A DNA stretch of 64,000 nucleotides. It comes from Candidatus Palauibacter sp. (GTDB taxonomy: Bacteria; Gemmatimonadota; Gemmatimonadetes; Palauibacterales; Palauibacteraceae). The stretch's first letter is position 1. The number at the start of each line of letters is the position of its first letter. Under the pieces are notes generated by a model that worked only from the letters and a program-made list of their open reading frames with translations, was not told the origin of the DNA and made no database searches. Made by a program: the position numbers and the translations under genes. Location of the stretch: NCBI RefSeq assembly GCF_965261555.1, contig NZ_OZ253465.1:166633-230632 (forward strand). Reading direction: 5' to 3'. Shown here in pieces: positions 39,168 through 49,484 of this stretch.

Positions 39168-39201
39168 CGAGGCCCGCGCCGGTGCGGGGCGCGACGCCAC
39201 G

Positions 39202-40824
39202 CTAGTGTTCGATGCCGTACTTCCGGATCTTGCGGTAGATCGTGCGCTCGCCGATGCCCAGAGCCTCCGCGGCCCTGCGCCGGTTGCCGCCGGACTGGCG
39301 GAGCACGGCGATGATCGCCTCGCGCTCGATCTCCTCCATCGTCATCCCGGGTCGGATCGCGATCATGTCCGCCTCCTCCGGCTCCCGGCCTTCCCCGGCT
39401 GGCGAGACGACTTCGGCCCCGGTCGCATCGATCGCGATCGCGTCGACCGCGTCGGTGATGTCGATCTCGATCGCGTCCTCGATGTCGTTCCCCGCCCCGC
39501 TCCGGGAAGGGGCCGGGAGTCGGCGAGCGCCGAGCCTGTAGGCTTCGAACTCCCGCTTGAGGTCGTCGATGTCCACCTTGAGGTCGACGAGCGTGCGGAA
39601 GACGAACGCGAGTTGCGGTGAACTCGGGATGGACCCGGCGCCCGCGTCGACCGGAGGCGCGATGTGCGCGGGGGACGGCACGAGGCTCACGCCGCCGGAC
39701 CGGATCTCCGGCGGGATGTCCTCCGGGCGGATGACGGAGCCGGGGGCGAGCACGACCATGGACTCGATCAGGTTGCGGAGTTCACGGACGTTCCCCGGCC
39801 AGTCGTAGTCGAGGAGGATCTGGAGCGCTTCCGGCGCGAGTCCGCGGAACTCCCGGTCGTGCTGGCGGCTGAACTCCGAGATGAAGCGGCGGATGAGGAC
39901 GGGGATATCGCGGCGCCGTTCCCGGAGCGGGGGGACGTGGACGCTGAGGACGTTCAGACGGTAGTACAGGTCGCGGCGGAACTCCCCCATCTCGACGGCC
40001 TGCCTGAGGTCGCGGTTCGTGGCGGCGACGACGCGTACGCTGACCTGGATCTCGTGGTCCCCGCCCACCCTCATGAAGCGGCGGCTCTCGAGGATCCTCA
40101 GGAGCCGCGTCTGGGTGGGGAGCGGCATCTCTGCGATCTCGTCGAGGAGGAGCGTGCCGCCATCGGCGAGTTCGAACATCCCCCGCCGCAGCGAGGTCGC
40201 TCCGGTGAAGGCGCCCTTCTCGTGCCCGAACAGTTCGGATTCGAGCAGCGACTCCGGGAGGGCGGCGCAGTTCACCGCGATGAAGGCCCTGGCGCGCCTC
40301 GGGGAGAGCCGGTGGAAGGCGCGCGCCACGAGTTCCTTTCCGGTTCCGCTCTCGCCGGTGAGGAGAACGGTGCTCATCACGGGGGCGATCATGTGCACCC
40401 GCTCGAGGATCTCGCGCACGGCCTCGGTGCGCCCGATGATCCCTGTCTTTCGCTGGAGGTCGTAGCGGTCGAGGTGCGTCTGCAGGACGACCCGCATCTC
40501 GTCGGTATCGAGGGGAAGCGCGAGCGCCTCGTCGAGGTCGAAGGACCGTGCCAGCTGCCGGCGCGCGTCGGGGTGGGTCTCCTCCGTGAGTCCGAGCACG
40601 GGGGGGCGCGGGATCTCCGCCTCGAACAGGCCCCGCATCGCGGCGGCGCGCGATTCGTCGGGAGGGCCCGTGAGGACCAGCGCGACCTCGGCCGCTCCGC
40701 CCAGCCGCCCCTCGAGTTCGCGCACGGACTCCACGAACTCGACCTCGTGCCCATCGGCCTGCGCCGCCTGGCGGACGGCGATGGCGGCCTCGACCGCGCG
40801 CCCGTCGACGAAGACGCGCGCCAT
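39202..40824 (-). CDS. Sigma-54-dependent transcriptional activator (degenerate receiver + AAA+ + Fis-type HTH)
   Basis: GESGTGKELVARAFH, GAFTGA, ESELFGHEKGAFTGA and the C-terminal AAEALGIGERTIYRKIRKYGI. A long acidic linker lies between the AAA+ and HTH domains. Confidence 0.85.
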   Translation of the reverse strand: MARVFVDGRAVEAAIAVRQAAQADGHEVEFVESVRELEGRLGGAAEVALVLTGPPDESRAAAMRGLFEAEIPRPPVLGLTEETHPDARRQLARSFDLDEALALPLDTDEMRVVLQTHLDRYDLQRKTGIIGRTEAVREILERVHMIAPVMSTVLLTGESGTGKELVARAFHRLSPRRARAFIAVNCAALPESLLESELFGHEKGAFTGATSLRRGMFELADGGTLLLDEIAEMPLPTQTRLLRILESRRFMRVGGDHEIQVSVRVVAATNRDLRQAVEMGEFRRDLYYRLNVLSVHVPPLRERRRDIPVLIRRFISEFSRQHDREFRGLAPEALQILLDYDWPGNVRELRNLIESMVVLAPGSVIRPEDIPPEIRSGGVSLVPSPAHIAPPVDAGAGSIPSSPQLAFVFRTLVDLKVDIDDLKREFEAYRLGARRLPAPSRSGAGNDIEDAIEIDITDAVDAIAIDATGAEVVSPAGEGREPEEADMIAIRPGMTMEEIEREAIIAVLRQSGGNRRRAAEALGIGERTIYRKIRKYGIEH

Positions 40825-42413
40825 CAGCCGCCGGGAGACGCGAGTACGGTATCGCCGCGCAGCAGGTCGACAGCGTGGTCGACCACCCGCTCGAGCGCGA
40901 CGAGGCCTTCGGAGACGCCCTGCGGGCTTCCCGGCAGATTGACGATGAGCGTCTCGCCGCGAATGCCGGCCAGCCCGCGGCCAAGCGCGGCGTACGGCGT
41001 CGACTCGGCGCCGATGCGACGCAGCATTTCAGCGATGCCCGGCGCCTCGCGCTCCAGGACGGAACGCGTCGCCTCCGGGGTCACGTCGCGCGGGGCGAGC
41101 CCGGTGCCGCCGGTCGTGAGGACGACGTCGACCCCCTGCACATCGCACCAGTGCAGGAGCCGCGAGGCAATGGCCTCGCCCTCGTCGGGCACGATGTCCG
41201 CGCCGGCGAGCGAGTACGCGCTTCTCCTGATCCACGCCTTGATGAGGTCCCCGGAACCATCTTCCCGCTCTCCGGCGAACACGGCGTCGGACACCGTCAC
41301 GACGGCGATCCGCGGCGCGATGCGGTGCAGCGAGCCGCGCGGGTAGAAGGGCGGACGCACAACCTCGGCCGCGATTGCCTTCCCCCGGATCATGATTTCG
41401 ACCGCGTCGCCGAACCCGGCGGCCACCGGAAGATAGACCGTGGCGATCCCGTGCCCCATGGAAGGGCTCACGGTGCCGCTGCGGACCACACCGACAGCCT
41501 CCCCCTCGAACCGGACGTCGTACCCCGGCCGCGGGAAGCCCCGCTCGAGCAGTCGCAGGAAACGGAGCTTGCGGGTGAGGCCCTCGGCACGCTGCGCCGC
41601 AAGCGCTTCCCCGCCCACGAAGTCGCCCTTGGCGTGCTTCACGAGCCACCCGAGTCCGGCCTCGAGCGCGGTCGTCTCGTCGTCCACGTCGTTGCCGTAG
41701 AGCGCGTAGCCCATCTCGAGCCGGAGCGAGTCGCGGGCGCCCAGGCCCGTGGGGACGGCGCCGGCCGTGACGAGCGCCCGCCACGTCGGCACCGCGTATT
41801 GGTTGGGCAGGTAGAGTTCGAACCCGATCTCGCCCGTGTACCCGGTCCGGCTGATGACGCACGGCGCGCCGGCCACCTCGCCGCGCGCGAAGCGGTAGTA
41901 CTCGATGTCCGCCAGCGGGTACTCGGTCAGCGGCTCCAGCATCACCTCGGCCAGGGGCCCCTGGAGAGCGAGGAGGGCGATCTCATCGCTCTCGTCCGTC
42001 ATCTCCACGTCGAAGTCCTGCGCGAGCCCGCTGAGGTGCGCCCAATCCTTCGCCATGTTGGCGGCGTTCACGACGAGTCGATAATCCGCCTCGCCCATGC
42101 AGTAGACGATGAGGTCGTCGATCACGCCGCCGGTCGCGTGGCACATCGCGCTGTACTGCGCGTCTCCCGGCTCCAGGCCCGAAGGGTCGTTCGTCGTCGC
42201 GTAGGCCACGAACGCCCGTGCGTCTTCGCCGCGCACGCGGAACTCTCCCATGTGGGAGACGTCGAACAGGCCCGCCTTCTCGCGCACGGCGCGGTGTTCG
42301 GCCCGGATGCCGGTCGGATACTGGACGGGCATCGCGTAGCCGGCGAAGGGGACGATCTTCCCGCCCAGCCGGACGTGTTCTTCGAATAGCGGCGTCTCTT
42401 TCAGGTCCTTCAC
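40824..42413 (-). CDS. gcvT: Aminomethyltransferase (glycine cleavage T protein) fused to a MogA/MoaB-type molybdopterin domain
   Basis: Single ORF 40824..42935 with start set to GTG 42413 (GTGA overlap with the argF stop). The GcvT part runs TPLFEEH...FAGYAMPVQY...GLFDVSHMG...RTGYTGEIGFEL...PFYPRG. It continues without a stop into RIAVVTVSD...GEREDGSGD...VVLTTGGTGLAPRDVTPEAT...LIVNLPGSPQGV (Mog-like). Confidence 0.7.
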   Translation of the reverse strand: MKDLKETPLFEEHVRLGGKIVPFAGYAMPVQYPTGIRAEHRAVREKAGLFDVSHMGEFRVRGEDARAFVAYATTNDPSGLEPGDAQYSAMCHATGGVIDDLIVYCMGEADYRLVVNAANMAKDWAHLSGLAQDFDVEMTDESDEIALLALQGPLAEVMLEPLTEYPLADIEYYRFARGEVAGAPCVISRTGYTGEIGFELYLPNQYAVPTWRALVTAGAVPTGLGARDSLRLEMGYALYGNDVDDETTALEAGLGWLVKHAKGDFVGGEALAAQRAEGLTRKLRFLRLLERGFPRPGYDVRFEGEAVGVVRSGTVSPSMGHGIATVYLPVAAGFGDAVEIMIRGKAIAAEVVRPPFYPRGSLHRIAPRIAVVTVSDAVFAGEREDGSGDLIKAWIRRSAYSLAGADIVPDEGEAIASRLLHWCDVQGVDVVLTTGGTGLAPRDVTPEATRSVLEREAPGIAEMLRRIGAESTPYAALGRGLAGIRGETLIVNLPGSPQGVSEGLVALERVVDHAVDLLRGDTVLASPGG

Positions 42414-43327
42414 GCTGCGGCTCCCATGAGCATGGTGAGGATCGCCTTCTGCGAGTGGAGCCGGTTCTCCGCCTCGTCCCACACGCGCGACGCCGGCCCG
42501 TCGATGACTTCGGCGGCGACCTCCTCGCCGCGGTGGGCGGGCAGGCAGTGGAGAAAGATCGCATCGTCGGCGGTCCGGGCCATGACCTCCGCGCCCACAT
42601 GGTATCCCTCGAAAGCCCGTGCGCGTTCCGCGGCTTCCTCCTCCTGTCCCATCGAGGCCCAGACGTCCGTCGTCACGACGTGCGCCCCCTCGGCCGCCTC
42701 CGCGGGCGCCCGGAAAAGATCGACCTGCGTCGCACGTCCCGCGGCGGCGAGGATCGCGGAGTCCGGATCGTAGCCCTCGGGGCAGGCGAGACGGAGCCGG
42801 AAACCGAGCTTCGCCGCCGCGTTCAACCACGAGTTCGCGACGTTGTTGCCGTCGCCGATCCAGGCGACGGTCCGTCCGGAGAGATCGGGGCCGAACTCGT
42901 CGCGCGCGGTCTGCAGATCCGCCATGATCTGGCACGGGTGCAGCAGATCCGTGAGTCCGTTGATGACGGGAATCGAACCGTGCTCGGCCAGCGCCTCGAC
43001 ATCGGACTGCGCGAACGTCCGGATCATGATCCCGTGCACGAAGCGCGACAGAACCCGCGCCGTATCGGAGAGCGGTTCCCCGCGCCCGATCTGGATGTCG
43101 CGCGATGACAGGAATAGCGCCTGCCCGCCCAGTTGGTGCGTCCCCACCTGGAAGGAAACCCGGGTGCGGGTCGAACTCTTGGTGAAGATCATGGCGAGCG
43201 TCTTCCCGGTGAGGGGACGGCCCGCCGCGTCGGGATCGGCCTTGAGGCGGTCGGCGAGATCGAGGGCCTCGCGCAGCCGCTCGGGCGACCAGTCGGCGAT
43301 CGAGAGAAAGTGTCGGGTCCGGTCCAT
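42410..43327 (-). CDS. argF: Ornithine carbamoyltransferase
   Basis: FTKSSTRTRVSF, HPCQIMAD, HCLPAHRGEE. Confidence 0.9.
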   Translation of the reverse strand: MDRTRHFLSIADWSPERLREALDLADRLKADPDAAGRPLTGKTLAMIFTKSSTRTRVSFQVGTHQLGGQALFLSSRDIQIGRGEPLSDTARVLSRFVHGIMIRTFAQSDVEALAEHGSIPVINGLTDLLHPCQIMADLQTARDEFGPDLSGRTVAWIGDGNNVANSWLNAAAKLGFRLRLACPEGYDPDSAILAAAGRATQVDLFRAPAEAAEGAHVVTTDVWASMGQEEEAAERARAFEGYHVGAEVMARTADDAIFLHCLPAHRGEEVAAEVIDGPASRVWDEAENRLHSQKAILTMLMGAAA

Positions 43328-43353
43328 GGCTTCGTGAGTCCTCGGCTCTCCGT

Positions 43354-44838
43354 TCAGAGGATATATCGTCTCAGATCTTCGTCGTCGGCGATGCGCGACA
43401 GACGATCCCGCACGAAGTCCGCGTCGACGATGATCGTCTCGTCCGCCCGCGCTTCCGGCAGATCGAAGAGGATCTTCTCCAGGAGCGTGCTGAGCACGGT
43501 ATGGAGGCGCCGGGCGCCGATGTTCTCCGTCCTTTCGTTCACATGGCTGGCGATGCGGGCGATCTCGCGCACCGCGCTCTCCTCGAACTCGAGCCGGACG
43601 GACTCGGTCTCCACGAGTGCCTGGTACTGCGCGAGGAGGGCGTAGCGAGGTTCCTGGAGGATGCGCGTGAACGCCTCCGCGTCCAGACTCTCGAGTTCCA
43701 CGCGGATCGGGAACCGGCCCTGGAGTTCGGGGATCAGGTCCGAGGGCTTCGCGATGTGGAAGGCCCCGGCCGCGATGAACAGGATGTGATCCGTGCGGAC
43801 CATCCCGTGTCGCGTCTTGACGGTGGATCCCTCGACGATGGGCAGGAGGTCGCGCTGCACGCCCTCGCGCGAAACGTCGGGTCCGGAGCCGCCGTGCTTC
43901 CCGGCGACCTTGTCGATCTCGTCGAGGAAGACGATCCCCATGCTCTCGGTCCGGCGGAGCGCCTGCTCCGTGACCTCCTCCATGTCCACGAGGTTCGCGA
44001 GTTCCTCGGAGCGGAGGATCCGGCGGGCGTCCGCGACCGTGACCCGGCGGCGGCGCGTCTTCTTCGGCAGCACCCCCTTGAGGACTTCCCCGACGTTGAA
44101 GTCCACGCCCTCCATGCCGCCCCCCACATCGAGCATCGGGATCGAGCTGTCGCTGACCTCGACTTCTACCTCCCGCTCATCGAGCATCCCGTCGCGCAGG
44201 AGGCCGCGGAGCTTCTCTCGCGTGCGCTGCTTGCGCTGCTCGGAAGGCTCATCGGAGCGGGTCTCCGATGCCTGTCCCGCGAGCGACACGACGAACTGCC
44301 GCTGCGCGCCGCCGCCGGAACCCGCCGCGGGCTCGCCCTCCGCCACGGGAGGGAGAAGCAGGTCGAGCAGGCGCTCCTCGACCCGCCGGTCGGCGGTCTC
44401 TCCGTGCCGGGCCTCCTGTTCCTCGCGAACGAGCTTGATCGCGATCTCGAGGAGGTCGCGGATCATCGATTCCACATCGCGGCCGACGTAGCCCACTTCG
44501 GTGAACTTCGAGGCCTCGACCTTGATGAACGGAGCCCCGGCGAGCCGCGAGAGGCGGCGGGCGATCTCGGTCTTCCCCACGCCGGTGGGGCCGATGAGGA
44601 TGATGTTGTTGGGGAGGATCTCCTCCCGCATCCCCTCGTCGACGTTCTGCCGGCGCCAGCGGTTGCGGAGCGCGATCGCGACGGCCTTCTTCGCCTCGTC
44701 CTGTCCGATGATGTATTGGTCGAGTTCCTCGACGATCTGTCGCGGGGTGAGCGCCGCCGCGATGCCGGGGTCGCCGGGATCCGGGGCGGGGCTGATGTCG
44801 GGGCGGTGCGTCACCTGTCCGCCATCGCTCGTCGTCAT
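43354..44838 (-). CDS. hslU: ATP-dependent protease ATPase subunit HslU
   Basis: In ORF 43354..45141 from ATG 44838. [48 protein letters not shown]. Confidence 0.93.
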   Translation of the reverse strand: MTTSDGGQVTHRPDISPAPDPGDPGIAAALTPRQIVEELDQYIIGQDEAKKAVAIALRNRWRRQNVDEGMREEILPNNIILIGPTGVGKTEIARRLSRLAGAPFIKVEASKFTEVGYVGRDVESMIRDLLEIAIKLVREEQEARHGETADRRVEERLLDLLLPPVAEGEPAAGSGGGAQRQFVVSLAGQASETRSDEPSEQRKQRTREKLRGLLRDGMLDEREVEVEVSDSSIPMLDVGGGMEGVDFNVGEVLKGVLPKKTRRRRVTVADARRILRSEELANLVDMEEVTEQALRRTESMGIVFLDEIDKVAGKHGGSGPDVSREGVQRDLLPIVEGSTVKTRHGMVRTDHILFIAAGAFHIAKPSDLIPELQGRFPIRVELESLDAEAFTRILQEPRYALLAQYQALVETESVRLEFEESAVREIARIASHVNERTENIGARRLHTVLSTLLEKILFDLPEARADETIIVDADFVRDRLSRIADDEDLRRYIL

Positions 44839-45404
44839 GGCTCCTTCCCGTTGCTGTCGGCGCTGCCCGAAAGCTCGAGCACCGTGATCTCCCGGTTCGT
44901 GTACACGCAGATCTCCGCCGCGATCTCGAGGGCCTGCCGCGCCACCTCCGCGGCCGGCAGATCCGTCCGGCGGGCGAGGGCCCGCGCGGCGGCGAGCGCG
45001 TGCGGCCCTCCGGAACCGAGCGCCAGAATGCCGTCGTCCGGTTCGATGACTTCTCCCGTGCCGGCGATCAGCAGGCTCGTCTCCCGGTCGGCGACGGCGA
45101 GCAGCGCCTCGAGCCGCCGAAGATAGCGGTCGCTCCGCCACTCCTTCGCGAGTTCCACCGCCGCGCGGGTGAGGTGGCGAGGGTAGCGCTCGAGTTGCGC
45201 CTCGAACTTCTCGAACAGGGTGAGCGCATCGGCGACGCCGCCGGCGAAGCCCGCGAGGATCCGGCCATCGCGCATCGTGCGGAGCTTGCTCGCCTTCGCC
45301 TTGACGACGGTTTCTCCCATGGTCACCTGGCCGTCGCCCGCCATCGCGACCTCGCCCCCGACCCGAACGCAGAGGATCGTCGTGGCTCGTATCATTCTCT
45401 TCAT
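44835..45404 (-). CDS. hslV: ATP-dependent protease subunit HslV
   Basis: [21 protein letters not shown]..., [18 protein letters not shown] overlap with hslU. Confidence 0.93.
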   Translation of the reverse strand: MKRMIRATTILCVRVGGEVAMAGDGQVTMGETVVKAKASKLRTMRDGRILAGFAGGVADALTLFEKFEAQLERYPRHLTRAAVELAKEWRSDRYLRRLEALLAVADRETSLLIAGTGEVIEPDDGILALGSGGPHALAAARALARRTDLPAAEVARQALEIAAEICVYTNREITVLELSGSADSNGKEP

Positions 45405-46345
45405 TCTCCTCCGCGCGGATGGGCCCGGGAGTGTACGCGCTTGAGGCGGTCCACGGATGTGTGCGTGTAGATCCGGGTCGTGCTCAGACTCGCGTGCCCC
45501 AGCATCTCCTTCACCGAGACGAGGTCCGCCCCCCGGTCGAGAAGGTGGGTCGCGAAGGAGTGGCGCAGCGAGTGAGTGGTCAGCCGCTCACCGTCCGCGA
45601 CCCGCGCGAGTTGGGCCGTCACGTCGCGCTGGATCTGCCGCCGCGAGAGGCGGGTGCCGCGAACGGAGAGGAACGCGGCGCGGGAGTCGCCCTCCCCCCG
45701 CTTCCCGAAATAGGCGCCGAGCGCCTCCGAGGCGCGCCGGCCGAGAGGGACGACGCGCTCCTTCCCGCCCTTGCCGAGAGCGCGAACCTGCCCGGTGCCG
45801 CGATCCACGGCGGTCACATCGAGACCGTGCACCTCCGCCAGCCGCAGGCCGCAGGAGTACAGCAACTCGAGGAGGGCCCAGCGCCGGAGCGCCACCGCGG
45901 ATCCGTCCCGGCGCGCCGCTTCGCCGGCGGAGTCGAGCAGTTCGCGGGCGTCCTCTTCGCTCAGAAAGGAGGGGAGCGTCCGGTCCTTCCGCGGCGTGCG
46001 GATCAGCAGCGCCGGGCTGGAGTCCACGCGGTCCGTGCGCTGGAGGAAGGCGAAGAAGGCGCGCACGGCGGCGAGCTTGCGGGCGATCGAGGAACGCTTC
46101 AGCCGGCGCAACTCAAGGTCCCCCATGAATGACCGGATGGACACGCGATGTACGTCGGCCCAACCCCAGTCGTGCGTACCCTCGTACCCGCTCACGAAGG
46201 CCTCGAACTGATCGAGGTCACGGCGGTACGCGGACACTGTGCGAGTGGACAGCCGACGCTCCGCACGGGCGTAGCGAAGGAAGTCGTCGACCCATGCGCG
46301 CCGGGCTCGCGCTCGTGCATCGGCGGGCGCGGACGTTCGGGTCAT
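45401..46345 (-). CDS. xerC: Tyrosine recombinase XerC/XerD family
   Basis: Has an N-terminal SAM-like domain. Catalytic residues lie in [19 protein letters not shown] and [14 protein letters not shown]. Confidence 0.85.
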   Translation of the reverse strand: MTRTSAPADARARARRAWVDDFLRYARAERRLSTRTVSAYRRDLDQFEAFVSGYEGTHDWGWADVHRVSIRSFMGDLELRRLKRSSIARKLAAVRAFFAFLQRTDRVDSSPALLIRTPRKDRTLPSFLSEEDARELLDSAGEAARRDGSAVALRRWALLELLYSCGLRLAEVHGLDVTAVDRGTGQVRALGKGGKERVVPLGRRASEALGAYFGKRGEGDSRAAFLSVRGTRLSRRQIQRDVTAQLARVADGERLTTHSLRHSFATHLLDRGADLVSVKEMLGHASLSTTRIYTHTSVDRLKRVHSRAHPRGGE

Positions 46346-48897
46346 TTTCTCGGCGACTTCTTTCGGGGGCCGCCGCGCCGTCCCCCCGCCTTTCTGGTCG
46401 CGTCGCGCTCCTTCCGCTTCTTCAGCAGGTCCAGCGCCACGTCGAGCGTGACCTCGTCGGGTTCCGTCCCCTTCGGCAGCGAAGCGTTCGTCTTGCCGTG
46501 CTTCACGTAGGGACCGTAGCGACCCTTGTAGATCGCGATCGACTCGCCGTCATTCGGGTGCGCACCGACTTCCCGCAGCGGCGTGGCGCTCGCACGGCGG
46601 CCCCGCGTCTTGGGCGCGGAGAGCAGCTCCATGGCGCGCTCGAAGGTCATCTCGAGCGGATCGTCGTTCTCCGTCAGCGAGCGATAGTCCCGCTGGTGGA
46701 CGACGTACGGGCCGTAGCGCCCGATTCCCACCTTCACGGGATCGCCGCTCTCCGGGTGCGGGCCGAGCGGGGCCGGCATGGCAAGCAGCTTGAGCGCCGT
46801 CGCCAGCGACACCTCTTCGGGCCGAAGGTTCTTCGGGAGGGACGCGCGTTTCGGCTTCTTTCCGTCCGCCCGCTCGCCTCGCTGGACGTAGGGGCCGAAG
46901 CGCCCCTCCATGAGGTAGATGTCCTCTCCGGAATCGGGGTCCTCCCCCAGACGATCCGGCCCTTCCGCCCGCTTCCGGAGGAGATCGATCGCCTGCTCCT
47001 CGCTGAGATCGGCCGGGGCCACGTCGTCGGGGAGGGACGCGGTGAGCCGGTCGCCGTTGCTCTCGAGTTCGAGGAAGGGCCCGTAGCGGCCGATCCGCAC
47101 GCGGGGAGTGAGGTCCTGCAGCCGCACGGTCGAGGCCTCGCGCGGGTCGATGGCCGCTTCGCGCTCGACAAGTCGCGCCTCGAGACCCTCTCCCCCGCTG
47201 TAGAACTCCCCGAGGTAGGCGCGCCAGTCCACGTTGCCGCGAGCGATTTCGTCCAGCGCCTCCTCCATCTCGGACGTGAACCCGGTGTCGACGAGGTTCG
47301 GGAAGTGATCTTCCAGGAGACCGGTCACCGCGAAGGCGATGAAGGTGGGGACGAGTTGCTTGTTCTGTCGTACGGCATACCCTCGATCGACGACGGTCGA
47401 GATGATGGCGGCGTAGGTGGATGGACGCCCGATTCCATCCGCCTCCAGTTCCTTCACGAGCGCCGCATCCGTGAAGCGGGGAGGCGGCTTCGTCTCGTGT
47501 TTCCGACTCTCCAGCTTGCGGTTCTCGAGCGTCTGGCCTTCCCGCATGTCGGGGAGCACCGTTTCCTGGTTCTCCAGCGCCGCGTCCGGGTCGTCCGAGC
47601 CTTCGACGTAGGCGCGGAAGAATCCGGGGAACTCGATGACCTTCCCCGCGGCGCGGAAGCGCGCCTCCTCCGCATCCACCTGCACGTTCAGGTGCCGCAG
47701 CCGGGCATCCGCCATCTGCGTGGCGACGGCGCGTCTCCAGATCAGTTCGTAGAGCGCTTTCTGCCGGCCGGTGAGTCCGAGTTCGTCGGCCGTCCGCATG
47801 TCGGTGCCGGCCGGGCGAATCGCCTCGTGGGCCTCCTGCGCCGAGCGCGACTTCGTCTTGTAGCGCCGTGGGGCCGGGCTCAGGTATTCCTGGCCGTACC
47901 GGGTCGCCACGCGGCTTCGAATCGCCGTGATCGCGGCTTCGGAGAGGGTGACGGAATCGGTCCTCATGTAGGTGATGCGGCCGGCTTCGTAGAGCGCCTG
48001 GGCGATCCGCATCGTCTCTCGGGCTCCGAGGTTCAGCTTGCGGTTGGCCTCCTGCTGGAGCGTCGCCGTCGTGAACGGAGGATACGGGCTCCGCTTCGAC
48101 CGCTTCTCCTGCAGGCTGACGACCGTGAAGGTCGCGCCGGACAACCGCGCGCGGAGCGCTTCGGCGCGCTCCCGGTCCAGCAGGACGACCCTGCGACCGG
48201 ACTTGAGGGCGCCGGTGCGCTCATCGAAGTCCCGCCCTCTCGCGATCGCCACCCCGTCGAGCGCAGCCAGATCGGCCGTGAAGGCGCCTCCGTCCGCAGC
48301 GAGGTGCGCGCGCAGCCGCCACCATGCGCCGCTCCGGAAGGCGCGCCGCTCCCGTTCGCGCTCCACGAGCAGGCGGACGGCGACCGATTGCACGCGGCCC
48401 GCGGAGAGTCCGGGCCTGATCTTCTTCCACAGGAGCGGGGAGACCCTGTACCCGACGAGACGATCCAGAATCCTGCGCGCCTGCTGGGCCTCGATGCGGG
48501 GGAGGTCGATCTCTCCCGGCCGCTCGAGCGCCTCGAGCACGGCACTCTTCGTGATCTCATTGAACGTGATGCGGTGGAAGCGCTCTCGAAGCGCCCGCTT
48601 CCGTGCGGTCAGGGCCTCCACGATGTGGTAGGCGATCGCCTCGCCCTCCCGGTCGGGGTCCGTGGCGAGAAGGATGGAATCCGCCTTCGCCGCCGCAGCG
48701 CGCAGCTTCCGGAGGACGGGTTCCTTTCCCTCGATCGTGACGTACTCCGGTTCGAACCCCTTTTCGACGTCGACGCCGAGGCCGCTCCGGGGGAGGTCCC
48801 GGACGTGCCCGACGGATGCCTGCACGCTGAAGCCGGCCCCGAGATACGACTCGAGGGTGCGGGCCTTCGCGGGCGACTCCACGATGACGAGATTCAC
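46342..48897 (-). CDS. topA: DNA topoisomerase I
   Basis: MNLVIVESPAKARTLE (TOPRIM), ITYMRTDS (active-site Tyr), repeated C-terminal GRYGPY modules and a Lys/Arg tail. Confidence 0.95.
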   Translation of the reverse strand: MNLVIVESPAKARTLESYLGAGFSVQASVGHVRDLPRSGLGVDVEKGFEPEYVTIEGKEPVLRKLRAAAAKADSILLATDPDREGEAIAYHIVEALTARKRALRERFHRITFNEITKSAVLEALERPGEIDLPRIEAQQARRILDRLVGYRVSPLLWKKIRPGLSAGRVQSVAVRLLVERERERRAFRSGAWWRLRAHLAADGGAFTADLAALDGVAIARGRDFDERTGALKSGRRVVLLDRERAEALRARLSGATFTVVSLQEKRSKRSPYPPFTTATLQQEANRKLNLGARETMRIAQALYEAGRITYMRTDSVTLSEAAITAIRSRVATRYGQEYLSPAPRRYKTKSRSAQEAHEAIRPAGTDMRTADELGLTGRQKALYELIWRRAVATQMADARLRHLNVQVDAEEARFRAAGKVIEFPGFFRAYVEGSDDPDAALENQETVLPDMREGQTLENRKLESRKHETKPPPRFTDAALVKELEADGIGRPSTYAAIISTVVDRGYAVRQNKQLVPTFIAFAVTGLLEDHFPNLVDTGFTSEMEEALDEIARGNVDWRAYLGEFYSGGEGLEARLVEREAAIDPREASTVRLQDLTPRVRIGRYGPFLELESNGDRLTASLPDDVAPADLSEEQAIDLLRKRAEGPDRLGEDPDSGEDIYLMEGRFGPYVQRGERADGKKPKRASLPKNLRPEEVSLATALKLLAMPAPLGPHPESGDPVKVGIGRYGPYVVHQRDYRSLTENDDPLEMTFERAMELLSAPKTRGRRASATPLREVGAHPNDGESIAIYKGRYGPYVKHGKTNASLPKGTEPDEVTLDVALDLLKKRKERDATRKAGGRRGGPRKKSPRK

Positions 48898-48907
48898 GGG
48901 CGGTCTC

Positions 48908-49483
48908 TCAACTCTCCTGTTGTCCTTCCGTTCGTCCTTCCCTGTCCGCCGGCGGACAGGCGGCGAAACGCCGTAGACTTCTCAGCGCCAACTCCACGAC
49001 ATCTTCCGGTTCCCGTCCATCCGTCTCCAGCACGACCTCGGCCTCCGCGTAGGCGGCCTCCCGGGCCGCGAGTAGCGTGGCGAGCGCGGCCGCGGGGTCG
49101 GGTCCGGCCAGCAGCGGCCGGGCTTCGGCACCCTCCCGGGAGAGGCGATGGATCGCGGTCTCGGGGCGAACGCGCAACCAGACGCGCACGCGGCCGCCGG
49201 ATGTGCGGTCGATGTCCCGGCGCGCCATCCACCCGCCCCCGGTCGCCACGACGACATCCGTTTCCCGCGCCGCCCGGGACGCGGCCGTGGCCTCGAGCCG
49301 TCGGAACCCGGCTTCCCCGCCGTCGCGAAACAGGCGAGGGATCGTCGTTCCCGCCAGCTCCTCGACCTCGCGGTCGAGATCCACATAGCGATACTCCAAC
49401 CGCCGCGCGAGGAGGGGACCTATCGTGCTCTTCCCCGCCCCGGACAGGCCGACGAGCCAGATCCTTCGGGGCACGCCCGACAC
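48908..49483 (-). CDS. aroK: Shikimate kinase
   Basis: VGLSGAGKSTIG, DLD..VE, GGG. Confidence 0.85.
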   Translation of the reverse strand: MSGVPRRIWLVGLSGAGKSTIGPLLARRLEYRYVDLDREVEELAGTTIPRLFRDGGEAGFRRLEATAASRAARETDVVVATGGGWMARRDIDRTSGGRVRVWLRVRPETAIHRLSREGAEARPLLAGPDPAAALATLLAAREAAYAEAEVVLETDGREPEDVVELALRSLRRFAACPPADREGRTEGQQES

Positions 49484-49484
49484 G

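Noticed and set aside
40824-42935. N-terminal 174-aa extension of the gcvT-mog ORF, and similar 5' extensions of hslU (to 45141), nupC (to 27188), pilN (to 54439), pilB (to 62442) and the PilW-like gene (to 56225)
   Set aside because: The extensions overlap upstream genes, have Arg-rich composition, and are followed by internal starts that give canonical N-termini.
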